Source: Lama guanicoe (taxonomy: Eukaryota). Taken from it: DNA of 64,000 nt. Below the pieces are notes generated by a model, which worked only from the letters and a program-made list of their open reading frames with translations, was not told the origin of the DNA and ran no database searches. Shown here in pieces: positions 38,490 through 51,826 of the stretch. Numbering within the stretch: position 1 is the first letter of the stretch; every line of letters begins with the position of its first letter. The stretch lies in assembly GCA_013239625.1 (NCBI GenBank), contig MU054323.1, positions 15,194,029 to 15,258,028 on the forward strand. The letters are read 5' to 3'. Position numbers and translations under genes: made by a program.

Positions 38490-39605
38490 ATTCTTTTTAC
38501 AGCATCTTTGTCAAATGGTCACCTAGCCCCACCCAGAGATGAAGGGTGAAGCTCTGTTAGTGACCTAACACCTGCCTTCCTGTAATTCCACTGAGTCTAG
38601 CTGCACCCTCTACTTAAAACTCTTGACCCCTTTTTTGATGTCATTTGAAATATTTTCGAAGTCTTCAATCACCTCTTAATTTGTTCTTTTTTGTGTTAGT
38701 TCAGTTTCTCCCAATATATGCAATGGATTCTAAATTCCTAACCATTACGTATTTCCTCTCCTGTATACACCTTATTTTGGCAAATGTTCTTCTGAGGATC
38801 AAATACATTTTTCCTGATGAAGTTTGACTAACCCAGTGAAGCCTGGAACTAATTCTTCCTGTAATTTGGGCATAAAAATTTTATCTTAAAGCTAAGGTGA
38901 AATTCAGAGTTTTTAACCAACACCTTATATACTTGGTCAATTAATCTTTTATTGTACAATTAATACATGAATCAATTATTCTGGTAATAGTTTCACACCA
39001 TAGATAAATATGTAGAATCAAACAAGAGAGACCCTTCCCACCTCTCCCTTCTAAACACGTATCCCTAGGGATAAGCATTCAACAATTTGGAATTTGTCTT
39101 TCTGGTTCTTATTTTATGTGTTTCAGTACGTACACACACATATACATGTGTATGTACACATCAATAGTCTTATAAGAGTAGGGTATTGCTTTGTGTGTTT
39201 TCTACATCTCAACTGATTCCTTTATACTTTTCTCAGCTAAATGATTTGCCTGGAGCATTTAAAAGCCACATATATTGCCAGTGAAATTTTGGTACTAAAT
39301 GCAAGATTTTTGATACTGAATTCAAGACATTTAAAAATGTCTTTTTGTGTTTGCATTTTGTGTTCATCAGTATCATTTAAAATTTTAACTTGTGTATCTA
39401 ACACATTGGTTATCTCTTTCAGTTTTGTGCCTGTTAAATTTGAAAAGCATACTTCCTACATCTTTGTGTAAGTCACTAAAAAAATTATTGACCAGAATTA
39501 GACCAAGGGTAAATTATCTTGTTAGAAATTTACTTTGGGTAGTACTGCATCATTAATCAACATTATTAACATACAGTTATTTAAATAGTAGCAAATCCAG
39601 GTACC
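38490..39605 (-). mobile_element. CR1/L3 LINE fragments, with an intervening old L1-like piece at about 38950-39270
   Basis: 'ctgccttcctgtaattccac...ttgaaatatttt...tggaactaattcttcc' and 'aaatttgaaaagcatacttcc...aagtcactaaaaaaattattgaccag' resemble antisense L3. Confidence 0.5.
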
Positions 39606-40520
39606 AGGCAGTTAGTTGTATCAGCTCAGGATTTTGAGATAATGTGATTTTATGTTTTTGACTTCAGGTCTGTGGGCTAGTGCAGAAAGAAGTCTGTCTG
39701 TGTTGTTCTTTCTCAGAATAGAAATAGAAAACTTGGATCCAAAGAGCCTGACCACTTAAGTGCCACCTCAGATTGTGAAAAGTCCCATTAGTTTCACAGA
39801 TCCTTACCTGTGACTTGCTAAATTCAAATTGTGAAGAAGGCAAGGACAAATGCAGTAAGATTTCACTTTACAAGGAATGGTTAAAAATGTGAAAAGGCAG
39901 GTGTGTTCTCTCTAACATAATAGTTATGGGAAAATCTTTCTTAGTAGTCATGTCTCAAAATTTGCTTCTTGAGCCATTGAAGAAGGCAATTTTATACCTA
40001 CCTTCTGGAGTGTGCTGTTGTTTTTTTTCTGAAGGGAGGTAAATGATATGTTTATGTTTGTTACCTGGACAATGAACAGTTTCTCCACCCTGAGTTTTGC
40101 TGCCAAAATGATTTATTTAGTAATGGATAGACTTTCTGTGTTAGTTGGGAATCCTGGTAGAAAGCAATGGAATCAGACCCTGACTGGAGAATTTACTGGA
40201 GGGATGTTAGTAGGGAGGGGAATATTGTGAGAAGAGGGGTGGCAGGTGGTAGGTAGGGGTGCTGTCTAAAGAGTCAGGGGCATAGCAAGCTGTCCACAGC
40301 CACAGTGACCTGGGTGGAGTACTGCCACTGCTGCCACCCCTGCCACAGCCACCAGGGACCACCAACTGCACCTCTGCCTCTTGACCCACCTCGGGGTGGG
40401 GTTCAGGGTCTTGAGAGTGGCTTCTGATCAGCCAAGCTTATATCATGAGCTTTCTCCCAGCTCTACCTGGGGGAAGGATCTGCTCCCCTCTTCTTTCATA
40501 AGGAGAAGCAGAAACCTGCT

Positions 40521-40953
40521 TATGTTCATTTTCTAGGGCTGCAGTAACAAAGCACCACAGATCAGGGGGCTCACACAACAGAAATTTATTTTCTTGCAGT
40601 TCTAGAGGCTAGAAATCCAACATCAACACGTCTGCAGGGTTGGTTCCTACTGTGGGCTGTGACGGAAGGATCTGATTCAGGCATTTCCCCTCATTTTGTA
40701 GACGGCCGTCTTCTCTCCATATCTTTGTCTTCCCTCTGTACATGTCTGTGTCTCAGTTTCCTCTTCTTACAAAGGCAGCATCATATTGGATTAGATCACC
40801 CTAATTACCTCATTCTAATTTACATCTTTAAAGACCTTATCTCCAAATGCAGTTACATTCTGAAGTACTAGGGATTAAGTCTTCAACATACGAATCTCTG
40901 TGTGTGTGTACATGTACGTGTACGTGTGCGTGGACACAGTTCAGCCTGCAGCA
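40521..40953 (-). mobile_element. MaLR solo LTR (MLT1B-like)
   Basis: 'tctagggctgcagtaacaaagcaccacaga...caacagaaatttattttc...aaagaccttatctccaaatgcagttacattctgaagtactagggatta...ggacacagttcagcc'. Confidence 0.9.
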
Positions 40954-41289
40954 CTGGCATTGTTCTTCCATTGACACATACCATGTTCAGGAGAAGTGAC
41001 TCTCCCAGAATAAAAACTGAAAACTGGGTGCCCTTACAAAGAGGAGTCAATTCTAGGCAGCTGAAAATAGTAAATACCATTCTACCTTTTTTGGTAACCA
41101 TAGTCATGGAAGTAAAAAAAAAAATTTTTTTTTAATTACAGGAAAATACTATATACAGAAAACTTGAAAATCTAAAAAAATCAACCACATGTAATGTTCA
41201 GTGTTGGCAAAAGTGCAAGAAAATGAACATGCTCTCTCTGCTGGTAGGAACACAGGCTTTTCTCCACCTTGCTATCATTCTACATTTAT

Positions 41290-41702
41290 ATACTGCTAAA
41301 GTGGAGTTTTGCCACTTAAACCTCTCTCCAAGAAGAAATTTGCTATTCAGTTGTAAGGAGTGCAGTTAGCAGACCATTTCCTGCTGTTATTGGCTTCAGG
41401 ATTCAGTTCAGCTTTCAAGCTGTGGCTCTGCTCTTTTGGGCGGCCTCCAGCCAGTGCGTGAGCATAGCAGGGGGTACAAGGGCCTGGCTATTTCTGTTCA
41501 ACACCAGCCTCCCCTCATAGCAGTCTCTGCTTTGGAGCTGCCATTCAGTTTGTCTGAGACTTGGTCAGATTTACATGGTGATCTGAGCTTCACTCTGCCC
41601 CAATCCTGCTGCCTCTTTTTATCTTTCACCGGTGTTATCTTCCCCGAAGCTTCTTTCACTTCTCGTTTTATCTCTGCTGCATTCCAGGGTGCTCAACTCA
41701 CA
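41290..41702 (+). mobile_element. ERVL solo LTR (LTR16 family-like)
   Basis: 'ggagtgcagttagcagac...cttcaggat...cagccagtg...gggcctggctatttctg...tgagacttggtcagat...ccaatcctgc'. Confidence 0.75.
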
Positions 41703-42109
41703 CACACGTACACTCACAGCACATACATTTAGTAGCATTTTTATTCATTTTCTCGCCGTTCTTATTTTTCATAATTCTGTGTAATTCCAGTCATGGATTT
41801 GCAAGTGTTTGTACTTTTCAATTGTGTGAAATGAACCCTGTGGTTTAATGTAATATCATGTGTTTTCTCTTTCACTCTCTTATCCTTAGTGACATCATGG
41901 AAATTTTGTTGTATATTTTCCTGAAATCAGTTAAATTATATTATTAGCCATTCACAATCTTCAAGCCTAATTTGGGACCACTTAATTTAGCGACTCATTT
42001 AAGGCCCAGACAGAAAATAGGGAAGAGAGAAAGAGACAGACAGGAAATAGGGCGATGTCCCCCTCTGAGTATTTGTATGGTAGAATATAAAACTGGATGA
42101 CTGTTGGTG

Positions 42110-42406
42110 ACCAGGGTCTGGTCTGTGAACTTATGAGCAGAAGGAATGCAGCTAGAAGGAAGAATCAAGCGCGTAGAGAAGAGCAGACTGAGAGAGAGTC
42201 TGTGCTGGTTCCCTACAAAAGGACTAAAGGACTCTTTGGTCCAGACTGGGTCAGGACACCCAGCCCCAGCTCCTGAGTCTAGGCTGATCTTCACTCTGGG
42301 TTTGGTGCAACCCTCTAGAGGTCTTCTAATGAATTCCCTTGACTTTGCATAATTAGTTTAAATTGGATTGCCATGACTTACAACTCAGAAAATTTTCACT
42401 GTCACA
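42110..42406 (+). mobile_element. Old MaLR LTR 3' part (MLT1K/L-like)
   Basis: 'gagaagagcagactgagaga...aatgaattccctt...tagtttaaattgg...acttacaactc...actgtcaca'. Confidence 0.5.
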
Positions 42407-45400
42407 GCACATAAGCACTTTGCATAACATAGTAAGCATTCAGAAAATTTTAGTAAAGCCCGCATCTTGCATTTTTTTCTGTCTTTTAACTGTTTCTTCT
42501 TAGTGGTCACAAAACCTCTTTTATTACTTGAATTCATAGAGTCTTTGAGCTGTAGTTATATGGCAATGCTAAACATAATCTTCTGCAACCTATTGTCACT
42601 TATAAGATATGACTTAGCAAAAATAATAACAGAGGGAGGGAGAGAGAAGGAGAGGAAGAGACCATGCTTTTACTATTAGACTAAAGGACAGAAGTTCCTC
42701 TTCATTAAAGAATCAGGTTTTAAATAAAGGACTTTTGTTTACCTGAAGGGTTCATTTCCTGGTTACTCTTTGGTAGGGCAAGTTTCTAGATTTACCGTGG
42801 GTCAGAGGAACTATGTAGAAACAGCTTCCTTAACTGAGCTCTGAAGCTGTACATAAACCAGCAGAGAAACTGTCAACAGAGTTTGAATTACCTGAGAAAG
42901 AGGGTAACATTCTTTTACTTGGATGAGGTCCCTAGACCACCTGGGAACTTGGGTTTCTGCACGGAGTCCCCAAATGGGCTGTAATATTCCACAGAGAATT
43001 CTGGAGGCAAAAATTCTGAGGGATTGAAATTGGTAGACATGGATGTGTCCCTTCTTATAATGATCTAATCCTTCAAATATACTGAATAAACCTGAGTCTC
43101 TGAGGATAAAGTGCTCCGTTTGACCTCAAACACCATGAGAGCAACTTTGGTCCTAGGCTGCAATCCAGGGTATCTTCCCTTCCCTGGCCAATACTATGCT
43201 AGATTTCCTCTTTGCTAAGAGATGAGCTTTGATTTTCACCCTGCTTGTTCCAGGTGTCTCACATTCACAGGCCTCTCTGAAGCCTTCCTGTTGATCCCCG
43301 AGGGCAGGCCTCATCCTGCATCTGGAAGTCCATGCTCTGACCATATGTCTTGGAGTCACCTTCCAAGTTCTCTGAGATGGTTCTGTTGCATCTTGGCAGT
43401 AGTGTCTTATCCTTTCTAATCTTGGCACTCTCTGCAGCAGGTCATTGGGGCCCTAAGCTTGTTCTCCTGAGCATTTTGTTGCCATTTGGAAATGAGTGAG
43501 CTCTGCCTTTCTGCCTTTTGCAGCTGTCACGTTCAGTGATTCCAGACTCCCTCTCTGATCCTGGACCCTGTGAGTGGAAAATCTACGACTAGGGAGAATA
43601 CAAGGTGGTGGTGTTTTCCAAGAGTGTGAGGACTGTATTTCGTCTGTTAATTCATGAAGATGGTGCCCACGAGGGCCAAAGGGATCTTCCCATTTTCTCC
43701 AGGCCCTTTTAACAGCTGACAAAAACCAGATCTTGTAAATAACAAAGAAGATAGGGTTTCCTATATACAGCCGATGCAGCTCATGCCCAGGGCCTGTGAA
43801 ATCTGATGAGATTATTTCTTAGCTGTTATATTGAAGCTACATGGTTAATGATGTCACTTGGTCATTGATAGAAAAATGTGTACTTGACTCTTAAATGTAA
43901 TGTCTAAGACAAGATAATTTCAAGCAAATCTCACTAAGTCTTGGTTACCTACTAATGGAAGAGGACAAAGAGATGGCTTATTTTGGAACAAAGTGGATAA
44001 GACATCATCCTGCTTGGCCAATAGCTCATACAAACAACGCAGAATAGTGGTGGACACAGAGCTTTGGAGATCCTTTCCCCGGCTTTCATGTCCAGTTCTG
44101 ACCCTTTCTAATTACATGACTCAACCCCTCTAAACTGGCAACAGGCATACTTGTAAGATTTTTGCTGAAATTAAACGTGGTAATACCTATAATTCTAAAA
44201 TAGTTATAGTATTACATTATAAATCCAAATATTTATAAAACATCTTGCTTGTTGTTTGGTGCTTCATAGAGGGTAATTTATTCATAGAAACTTCTTGAGC
44301 ACCTACTATACACAGTGCTGTGGATGAGAGGACAGAGGAGTCAAAGCTCTTGCTTCAAAAAGGTTACAGTCTAATCGAAGGGACAGTGTGCTAAGGGCAA
44401 CCCCAGAGAGAGGCATAAGGAAGTATAAAAGCACACAGGAGAGACACAACCATGCTGGAGATGGAGGTGGGATCAGGGAAGGCTCTGGGAACAACTGCCT
44501 GCATTGCGAATGAGCCACAAAACAATGAATAAAAATGCGATAAAGATGATGTCACATTTAGTATATGTGAATGTTCTTTGCTTTTTCTTTTCTTTAAGTC
44601 ACATTGAATCACCAACATTTTTCATATTTTTGGCCAATTATTGGTGGTTCCAGAACTCAATTTGTTGGTGTTAAGGAAGAAGGAATCAAATTTATGGACC
44701 ATTGTGTGTTTATAATTGCATATTAAAATTCCTCAGATTGATCTTTTAAAAACCAACCACTAAAAGATGGAGAAGAAAAAAATAAGACTAGAAAGACATT
44801 AAAAGTGGGAAATATCAGGTGTTATGAAATTAGACTCTAGGACGTATAGACTGGAGGGAAAATTAAGGTAGTAAATATTACTGGTGTGTCCACATGTTTT
44901 AAATCTTGCTTTCCTGAGGTGGAGGCTGCCTAGCAACAGAGCCACCACTTGGCCCACTCTCCACAGCTGGTCGGCCCTTAGGGCCTGCAATTGCCAAGCT
45001 CAGTGGTTACAGTTTAGGAAGGCGCCAGCTTAGAGCAGTTTAGGGATTACTTATAACTAAGTGTCTTAAAATCCAGGGACACGCAGAGCCCAGAAGGCTC
45101 AAGGCAGAGCTCTGGGAGTCAGTTAATAACACGCTGCTTTGTAGCCAGTTAAATAGATTTTTGTGGACTAACCTTGGAACTTTATCATCCTTTATAACTT
45201 TTGATAATGGGTAAATTCATTCTGACTACCGACAGGGCATTCAGAACATAATTCACCCATAAGATAGAGAAACTTAACCATGTCTTTTTCAGGCCGTGAG
45301 GTAAGTCTGTGGAATTCGAGTCTGTATCTCAAATGCATAAGCACCATTTAGTGGTTTTTTTCCTTCATTTTTGTGCCCTGTTGTTAGTACATTTCCCGAG

Positions 45401-46142
45401 TATTGCACCTCTAGAATCCTCTCAATGCTTTTTTAATTAACAGTTTGGTTGAATAACAAGTCAAGTAGCATTGATAAGATTAAGTGTATAAGGAGGGCAC
45501 TTTGCTGAGCAGGTTTATCAAATAGAGTTCTGAATTTCAGGATGCTTGCACCATAATATTTTTCCAAGAACAAACCAACACTTGCCAGGCCTTCAGGAAA
45601 TCCAAACATCTGGATTAAAAAAAAATGTCAGGAACGATCAATCATCCAGTTTTGTCAACATGATGGCAAAGCCCTAGATTATTGAAAAGATTTCCAACCA
45701 GATGTTATATAGTCTGTGGATGTATCTAGAATCAAAACTAAAAACACAGACCAAGAAATAATACACTTCAGCCGTTTTCCATTGAGTCCATTGCATGCCT
45801 TTTTGCTTCTTGAGTTGAAACAAGGAGAAAGTTAAGTTCAGAATTTGTGGAGATAATGGAGGCTTTTTCCTTACAGTAATCTGAATGATAGTCATTAAAG
45901 ACTGAGTAAGAAATATTTAAAGAGTATGTTAGGAACACAACTAGGTGCTCACAGAAAGGTGCATAGAATTCTGGGTGAGTGCAGCGTGTACTCTTTATTT
46001 GGGATTGTACAAACTAAAAAGCAGTCTTTTTACATAAAATCAAATGAATTTTTTTGGTATTATTCTAGCTAAAAACTCTATTTTTGAAATGTTTTTAAAT
46101 GAATGTATTAATTTTACAATAAAGCAAAATCCTTTTAAGTGC

Positions 46143-46360
46143 TAATAGCTACCCTTTATTGAGCACTTACTAAGTGACACTGTACTAAATAAATTTCCTG
46201 AAATAAACCTAGAAAATAGATACTGTTCATACCCTTCTTTTGCCGAGTAGGGAACCGAGACACTAAGAAGTCCACTAATGGACTCAAGACTTCACAACTC
46301 ATAAGCAGTAGAGTTTGGATTTGAAGTCAGGGAGTTCATCTCCAGAGCCTGTCCTGTTCA
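46143..46360 (-). mobile_element. MIR SINE (a second MIR-like piece follows at about 46470-46640)
   Basis: 'taatagctaccctttattgagcacttacta...gggaaccgagacac...ggatttgaagtcagg...ctccagagcc'. Confidence 0.8.
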
Positions 46361-46897
46361 CTCAGCTAGCCTGTCTCTGTTCTAGCAGCCTGGCCCTGAG
46401 AACCTGAGGCAACTCTGAAATGGGGCCAACAAGATCTTCAGTAGAGCAGCTGGCAACAACAATAATGGCAGTAGTAATGGTTGGCAAATATTGAGGACCT
46501 AATGTGTTGTAGCTATTTTATTTTTATCTCTAATTTCCAAAACTCTTGTTACGTTAAAACATTGTACAGATAAGGAGGCTACGATATGGAGAAATTGGGT
46601 AATGACCAATATCACCAGGCTCTTCAGTAGAAGCCAGGAGTGTTTCCTGGTCTGGGGTTAGATTATTAAGATATTAGATTCATGCTCCCTCTCTGCCTTC
46701 ACTCCTTGCAGTACTCACCTGTGTTTTGGGGTCCTCTGTGACTCAGGTACCAATGAGATCTTCTGGGTGTCTCCTCTGACCACTCTTCTCAGCCTTCCTA
46801 CATACCTTTTAGGCTGCCCTCTCCGGTCCCACTCATAGACTGATTTTTAGGAGTGTCTTATTCCATTTCCTCAGGGCTTTGTGCTCGAGAATACAGC

Positions 46898-47311
46898 TGT
46901 GGTTGCCTTGGGGGTACTGGGCTTGGATTTCTCTTCAAGATAGAACCTGATGTTCAGATATGGGGAGTGCAGTCAGCTGACAGCCTCCCGCTGCTAAAGC
47001 CTTCAGGATCCACTTCAGTTTTCTAGCTGAAGCAATGCTCTTCTTGGGCGATGACTAGCCAGCGATTAAGCACAGAGGCACCAGGAGCTGGCCGTCTCTG
47101 CCCGATAAAGCATTACTCCACTGCTCCCTCATCGGGTTGGCAAAAGACTTTGTCAGATCTGTGTGGCTGTCTGATCTTCTTTCCATCTCATCCCTTGTTA
47201 TTTCTCACAAGCATTAACCCAGCTTTTCTCTAATTACAACCCAATAAACCTGTTCCTCTCCTAAGTTCATCTTACTGCCCACTTCCCAGGAGAGGACCCA
47301 TTGGCTCTACA
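46898..47311 (+). mobile_element. ERVL solo LTR (LTR16 family-like)
   Basis: 'ggggagtgcagtcagctgacagcctcc...ccttcaggatccac...gactttgtcagatctg...cccaataaacct'. Confidence 0.8.
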
Positions 47312-47439
47312 ACTAAGTGAGTAATCTCTCCAGGGCAGAAGATGAGTTTAAGGGCGGTGGTATGCTACCCATTACTCACTGACGGGAGGTTAAGCATAGA
47401 GTGAGAAATATGAATGGAAACCTTAGAGGGGAGGGGTGG

Positions 47440-47485
47440 GGAGAGAGAGAGAGAGAGGGAGAAGAGGGGGGAATGAGAGAGAGAA
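47440..47485. repeat. (GA)n / polypurine microsatellite
   Basis: Read directly. Confidence 0.85.
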
Positions 47486-49344
47486 TAAGTACAAGTGGGT
47501 GGTGAGCTCAAATGAAGACTTTTAGGTGGGTATCTAGTCTATTCTGTTTATCCATAGGTCTGTCCTTTAGCCCTTCTCTATTTACCCCTAAACCACAGCA
47601 TTGAGGAATATTGTAATTCATAGGCTGGAATAAGACCAAAAAACCCACCAAAAATACTAACTTAGTTATTTTACTGTCATTCTATAGTCAAATTTCAAGT
47701 ACTCATAAGTGCCCACAACAGAACCTGAGACACAGTAGTGAGCTCTCAGTAAATATTTGTTGAATAAATGGAAGAATGAATAAAAGTTTTTTAAAAAATT
47801 CAACACATTATACTTTTGAGCCAGTGAAAAGAGTTCTCTAAAATGGCTAATCGTGACAGTTGTCGATAGAAAATTTTCAGACCGAATAAAGGGAAATCTT
47901 CATTTTGTACACAAAGCCATTTTTTCCTAGCCAGACAGTATCTCACAGCATGGTTAACAACTGAAAGCTCGTGTAAAGAAGTGGACTCAATTCCTGCCTC
48001 CTGGGACTTGCATTGCAATAGGGCTTCCTGGTCAAATGAAGTCAAGTAGCAGCTGAGGAACCGAGGGGTGGGTTATGAGGAAGGGAACCCCAACACAATC
48101 CAAATGCTCGTACAGTCTAAGAAAAATAGCAGACTTTCTGTGTATACTGGTGTCACATTGTATAACTACCTCTTCAAATCAGAAAGCTGCCCAGAAGCCC
48201 TTCCTGTTCAGAAAATCTGGAGATGCCTCTGCACTCTTCTAAAAAGTGTGTGTGTGGCCTGAATGGGTTGGAGGTTGTGCTGGCAAATTGGAGAACTGTC
48301 AGGGAAGTGCCTTGGATTCTCAAGGGGAGGCAGTTATGGGATTGCAGTTAAAGGCGGGAAGGACGCTTGAGAGGCTCAGATGACATTGGATTAAAGTTCT
48401 GAGACACAGCCATTACTAATGCCCCTTGTAAATTATAATTTGTGTAGGAGTACAGCTGTGCAAAATTTCTCATATAATCTTACTTCGGCTGAGTGTTTGG
48501 TGATGCAGTAGAAGACATAAGTATATCTTACCCTACTTGAGAAAGAATTTAGACAGCAATACAGTTTTGTTACAAATTGGAGCAACTTGCAGTTTGAGGA
48601 AGCCAATATAAAATGGTAGAGAGGGCAAAAGGTAATGGTGAGTAAAAGAAAATGGAACAAATATGTTTTCATTGTATCAGATTGAAAATCACTAATGTAA
48701 TAGTTCTTCTATAACTAAATAAAATATTCTTACATTAATTTATCAAATTGCAAGATCATTTTACGCAGTTTGAGTGAAAGTGAAGGGTCTCATTGGCAAG
48801 GCAAAATGGGCTGTTTCAAAAGAAAAAAAAACACTGCAGAAAGAACATTAGAAAAGGACATGTGAGAAATAATATAAGGGGGGATAGTCAACTATGGCAA
48901 ATATTTCATTCCAATATAATACAGCAGAGTTGATTTAAAGGAAATTGATAAGAGTAAAATAAACTTAAATCTGAGATGTCAATCTTTAAAGACTGTAATT
49001 TTTAAAGTAATGCCAACTAAATCATTTGTTACTGATGTCAGAACATTCAGATATTTGAGGAAAATGTCATTTTAAAAATTATGCTTCTACTACATACTGC
49101 TTATGAATTATTCAGTAAACATGTGGGGGTGATATTGTTTACAACACATTTCCTGCCAACTTCTGTTTTTCACTATTTTTTTTAAACTTGAGGCAGCTTC
49201 TCAGTGTAATCGGTAATAGAAGCAGATGGCACTTCTTTGACCCTTCTTGGCAATCAGTTATTTGCAAGATATGGGGACAGACAATATGCATTAAAATTAG
49301 CCCCATCTTTCTTAGCTGCCAAAGAGTAGACTTGGTCATAAAAT

Positions 49345-49500
49345 TTGAGTAAAGAACCTGAGAGTTCATCTAGTCCAATTCTTGTATTTTACAGGTGAGG
49401 AAACGCTTAGTAAGAGAGGTAATAAATTGACCAGCTCAAGGTCATATAGGAAGTAAATGGGGCCAGATCTCAGCCACTTGACTTAGTCTTAATGGTTCCT
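49345..49500 (-). mobile_element. MIR/MIR3 SINE
   Basis: 'tcatctagtcca...attttacaggtgaggaaac...agagagg...caaggtcata'. Confidence 0.75.
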
Positions 49501-51035
49501 TGCCCTCACTCCCAGTATCAAGACTATCTTTTCTGTCTGGGGAGAGTAGAATATTTATATATTATACAAAATTATGAAACATTCTAAGCATCCGGAAAAC
49601 TAACAAGAATAATATAACTCCGGAGTGCTTTCTCACCCAGTTCTGTCAAAACTTAAAACATTTCCATATTTGCAACAGCTTTAAAAAAAAAATCATGATA
49701 GAGTTTGTCTTCTTTTATAGATCAGAATCACTACATTCAATTTATACTGAAATGACAGCACACTAGCCATGGATAATTTTTGTAACTCTTTTAAAATCAA
49801 TTGCATAAGCATTCTCAACACCTTAAAAATAATAAATAATAATTAAAATGCAACATTATTGCCAAAATATTACTAACAAGTAAACATCATCATTCTGCTT
49901 ACCCTATGGCAGGCACTTATTTGCATGTATTGTATTATTTTATGTAAAATCACATTTTGTTATTCTATTAGGGTTCAGCTCATTTTCATCTAGACAAAAT
50001 TATCTACCTTTTGTCATTATTCTTTCTGACTGAAATAGTAATGTGCCATGTAGGCCTGTTTTTCTTTGGGGCCAGAAGGCCACGAATGGCTTAAACAGTT
50101 TCCTTGTATGGGAAAAACCAGATGCTTTATTTTTGGGGTGGATACCGCCTCCTGTTGAACCCCTCAACTTGAGGAACAGAACTGGTGCTGGATTTCAGCC
50201 CTAACTAGTCCCCTTTGTCAGCCACTCTTATTTAGAGTGGCAACTCTGATGGCCAGAAAAAGAGACTCTCGAGTCTGTTGAGTAGATCAGATCAAGACAT
50301 GGCCAGTCAAAAATGAGAAATATGGTGGAAACATTTGAATTGGGTTTGGGATGGGTTTATTGAACTGATGCTTGAATATTGGCTACATCCAATGATGTTC
50401 CGAAAGTTCACATCAAAGAGAGTGAGGAAAGCATGCTGTGAATGAAGGCTGAACTGAGGAGAAGCTGGGAACCCATCGAGGTTTTTCACCCAGAAATCAA
50501 GCCTTCCTTGGAACAGAACCTAAATTCAAATGATTGGATTTCAAAGCACATTCTCCCTGAGAATGAAATGGACAGAAAGCTAAGGCAACTGAGATGGAAG
50601 GAGTTGGATGTAAGGTAACACAAAAGTCTTACCTACTTTCAATTATTTCTGCACCATCTCCCTGCTGAAACTTCCTCCACAGAGCAAATAAAGATGGTGA
50701 TTTTGTCATCCTCACCCACCATGTCCAGCACCTTATATTTCACCCATCTGATACTTCTCACCTTTCCCCAAAGCAGGTAGAGATCTTTCACATTTCAGGT
50801 CATTTATTCATGCCACTTATTTCCTGGCCTGGAATTCCCTTTGCCTCCTTTACTTGGAAAACTTCTACTGCAGTCAAGTTTCAGGAAACACAACTCAGGA
50901 ATAGGGTAGTTAAAGTAAGTGCAAACATGGAGAGATAGACAATACTACGTATTTAGACTGCTCGAATTTAGATCACAGAAGTCCAAACTCAGAAAAGCTT
51001 CTGGTACATAGTACAAACTCAGGAAATATTAGTAG

Positions 51036-51826
51036 CTTTCCCTTATGGCAGCATGTGGCGGCAAGATGGCGGTACAAATTTCTAAGATGAGCAAATTTGT
51101 CACCAATGACATCTTCAAAGCTGAACTGAGTGATTTTCTCACTCATGAGCTGGCTAGCTGAGATCTGAGTTATACCAACCAGGACAGAAATCATTATGCT
51201 GGCCACCAGAATGCAGAATGTTTTTGGTGAGAAGGGCCAGCAGATCTGGAATAGATTGCTGTGGTTCAAAACAGATTTGGCTTCTCTGAGGGCAATATAG
51301 AACTTTATACTGAAAATGTGGCCACACGGGGTCTGTGTGCCATTGCCCAGGCAGAGTTCTGCATTATAGACTCCTACGAGGACTTGTTGTGCAGAGGATG
51401 GCCTGCTATGATGTGCTGCAGTTCATCATGGAGAGTGGGGCCAAAACCTGCAAGGTCATAGTACTGGGAAATCCTGAGGACATAGGGTTAAATCCATGAA
51501 GCTTGTGGATGACCTGATGGTCTGGGAGCCTATTAACTACTATGTTGACACCACTATGCACCAGGAGCTGCTTAGACAGGGTGTGCTGGGCATCAAACTG
51601 AAGACCACGCTGCCTGGGGACCCAAGTGGCAAGACTGGCCCTAAGAAGCCCCTTTCTGACCACATGAGCATTGTGGAACTCCAAAATGAGATACCAGCAA
51701 CCACCAACTTTGAACAGAAGGGTGAGAAGCTGGAGTCAGTACCACAGCATTATGGGGTCTCCTTGGCAGCTGGACTTGGAGTCTGGATGTTGCTCTATAA
51801 AGACCTTTAATAAAATCTTGTTAAAA
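51036..51826 (+). pseudogene. RPS3: Processed (intronless) pseudogene of 40S ribosomal protein S3 (uS3)
   Basis: 5'UTR ctttccctt...gcggcaagATG (ATG at 51066) gives MAVQISK-SKFV...IFKAEL. Later frames give [29 protein letters not shown] and NYYVDT...[30 protein letters not shown]. Several frameshifts and deletions, no introns, AATAAA at 51809-51814. Confidence 0.96.

Noticed and set aside
41290..47311. Two same-strand LTR16-like LTRs about 5.6 kb apart as one provirus
   Set aside because: The copies differ substantially. I see no primer-binding site or gag/pol remnants between them, only MIR, L2, MLT and unique DNA, so independent solo LTRs are more likely.
51036..51826. Functional RPS3 gene or its intronic SNORD15 snoRNAs
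   Set aside because: It is intronless and frameshifted with no CpG-island promoter. Intron-hosted snoRNAs are absent from a processed copy.
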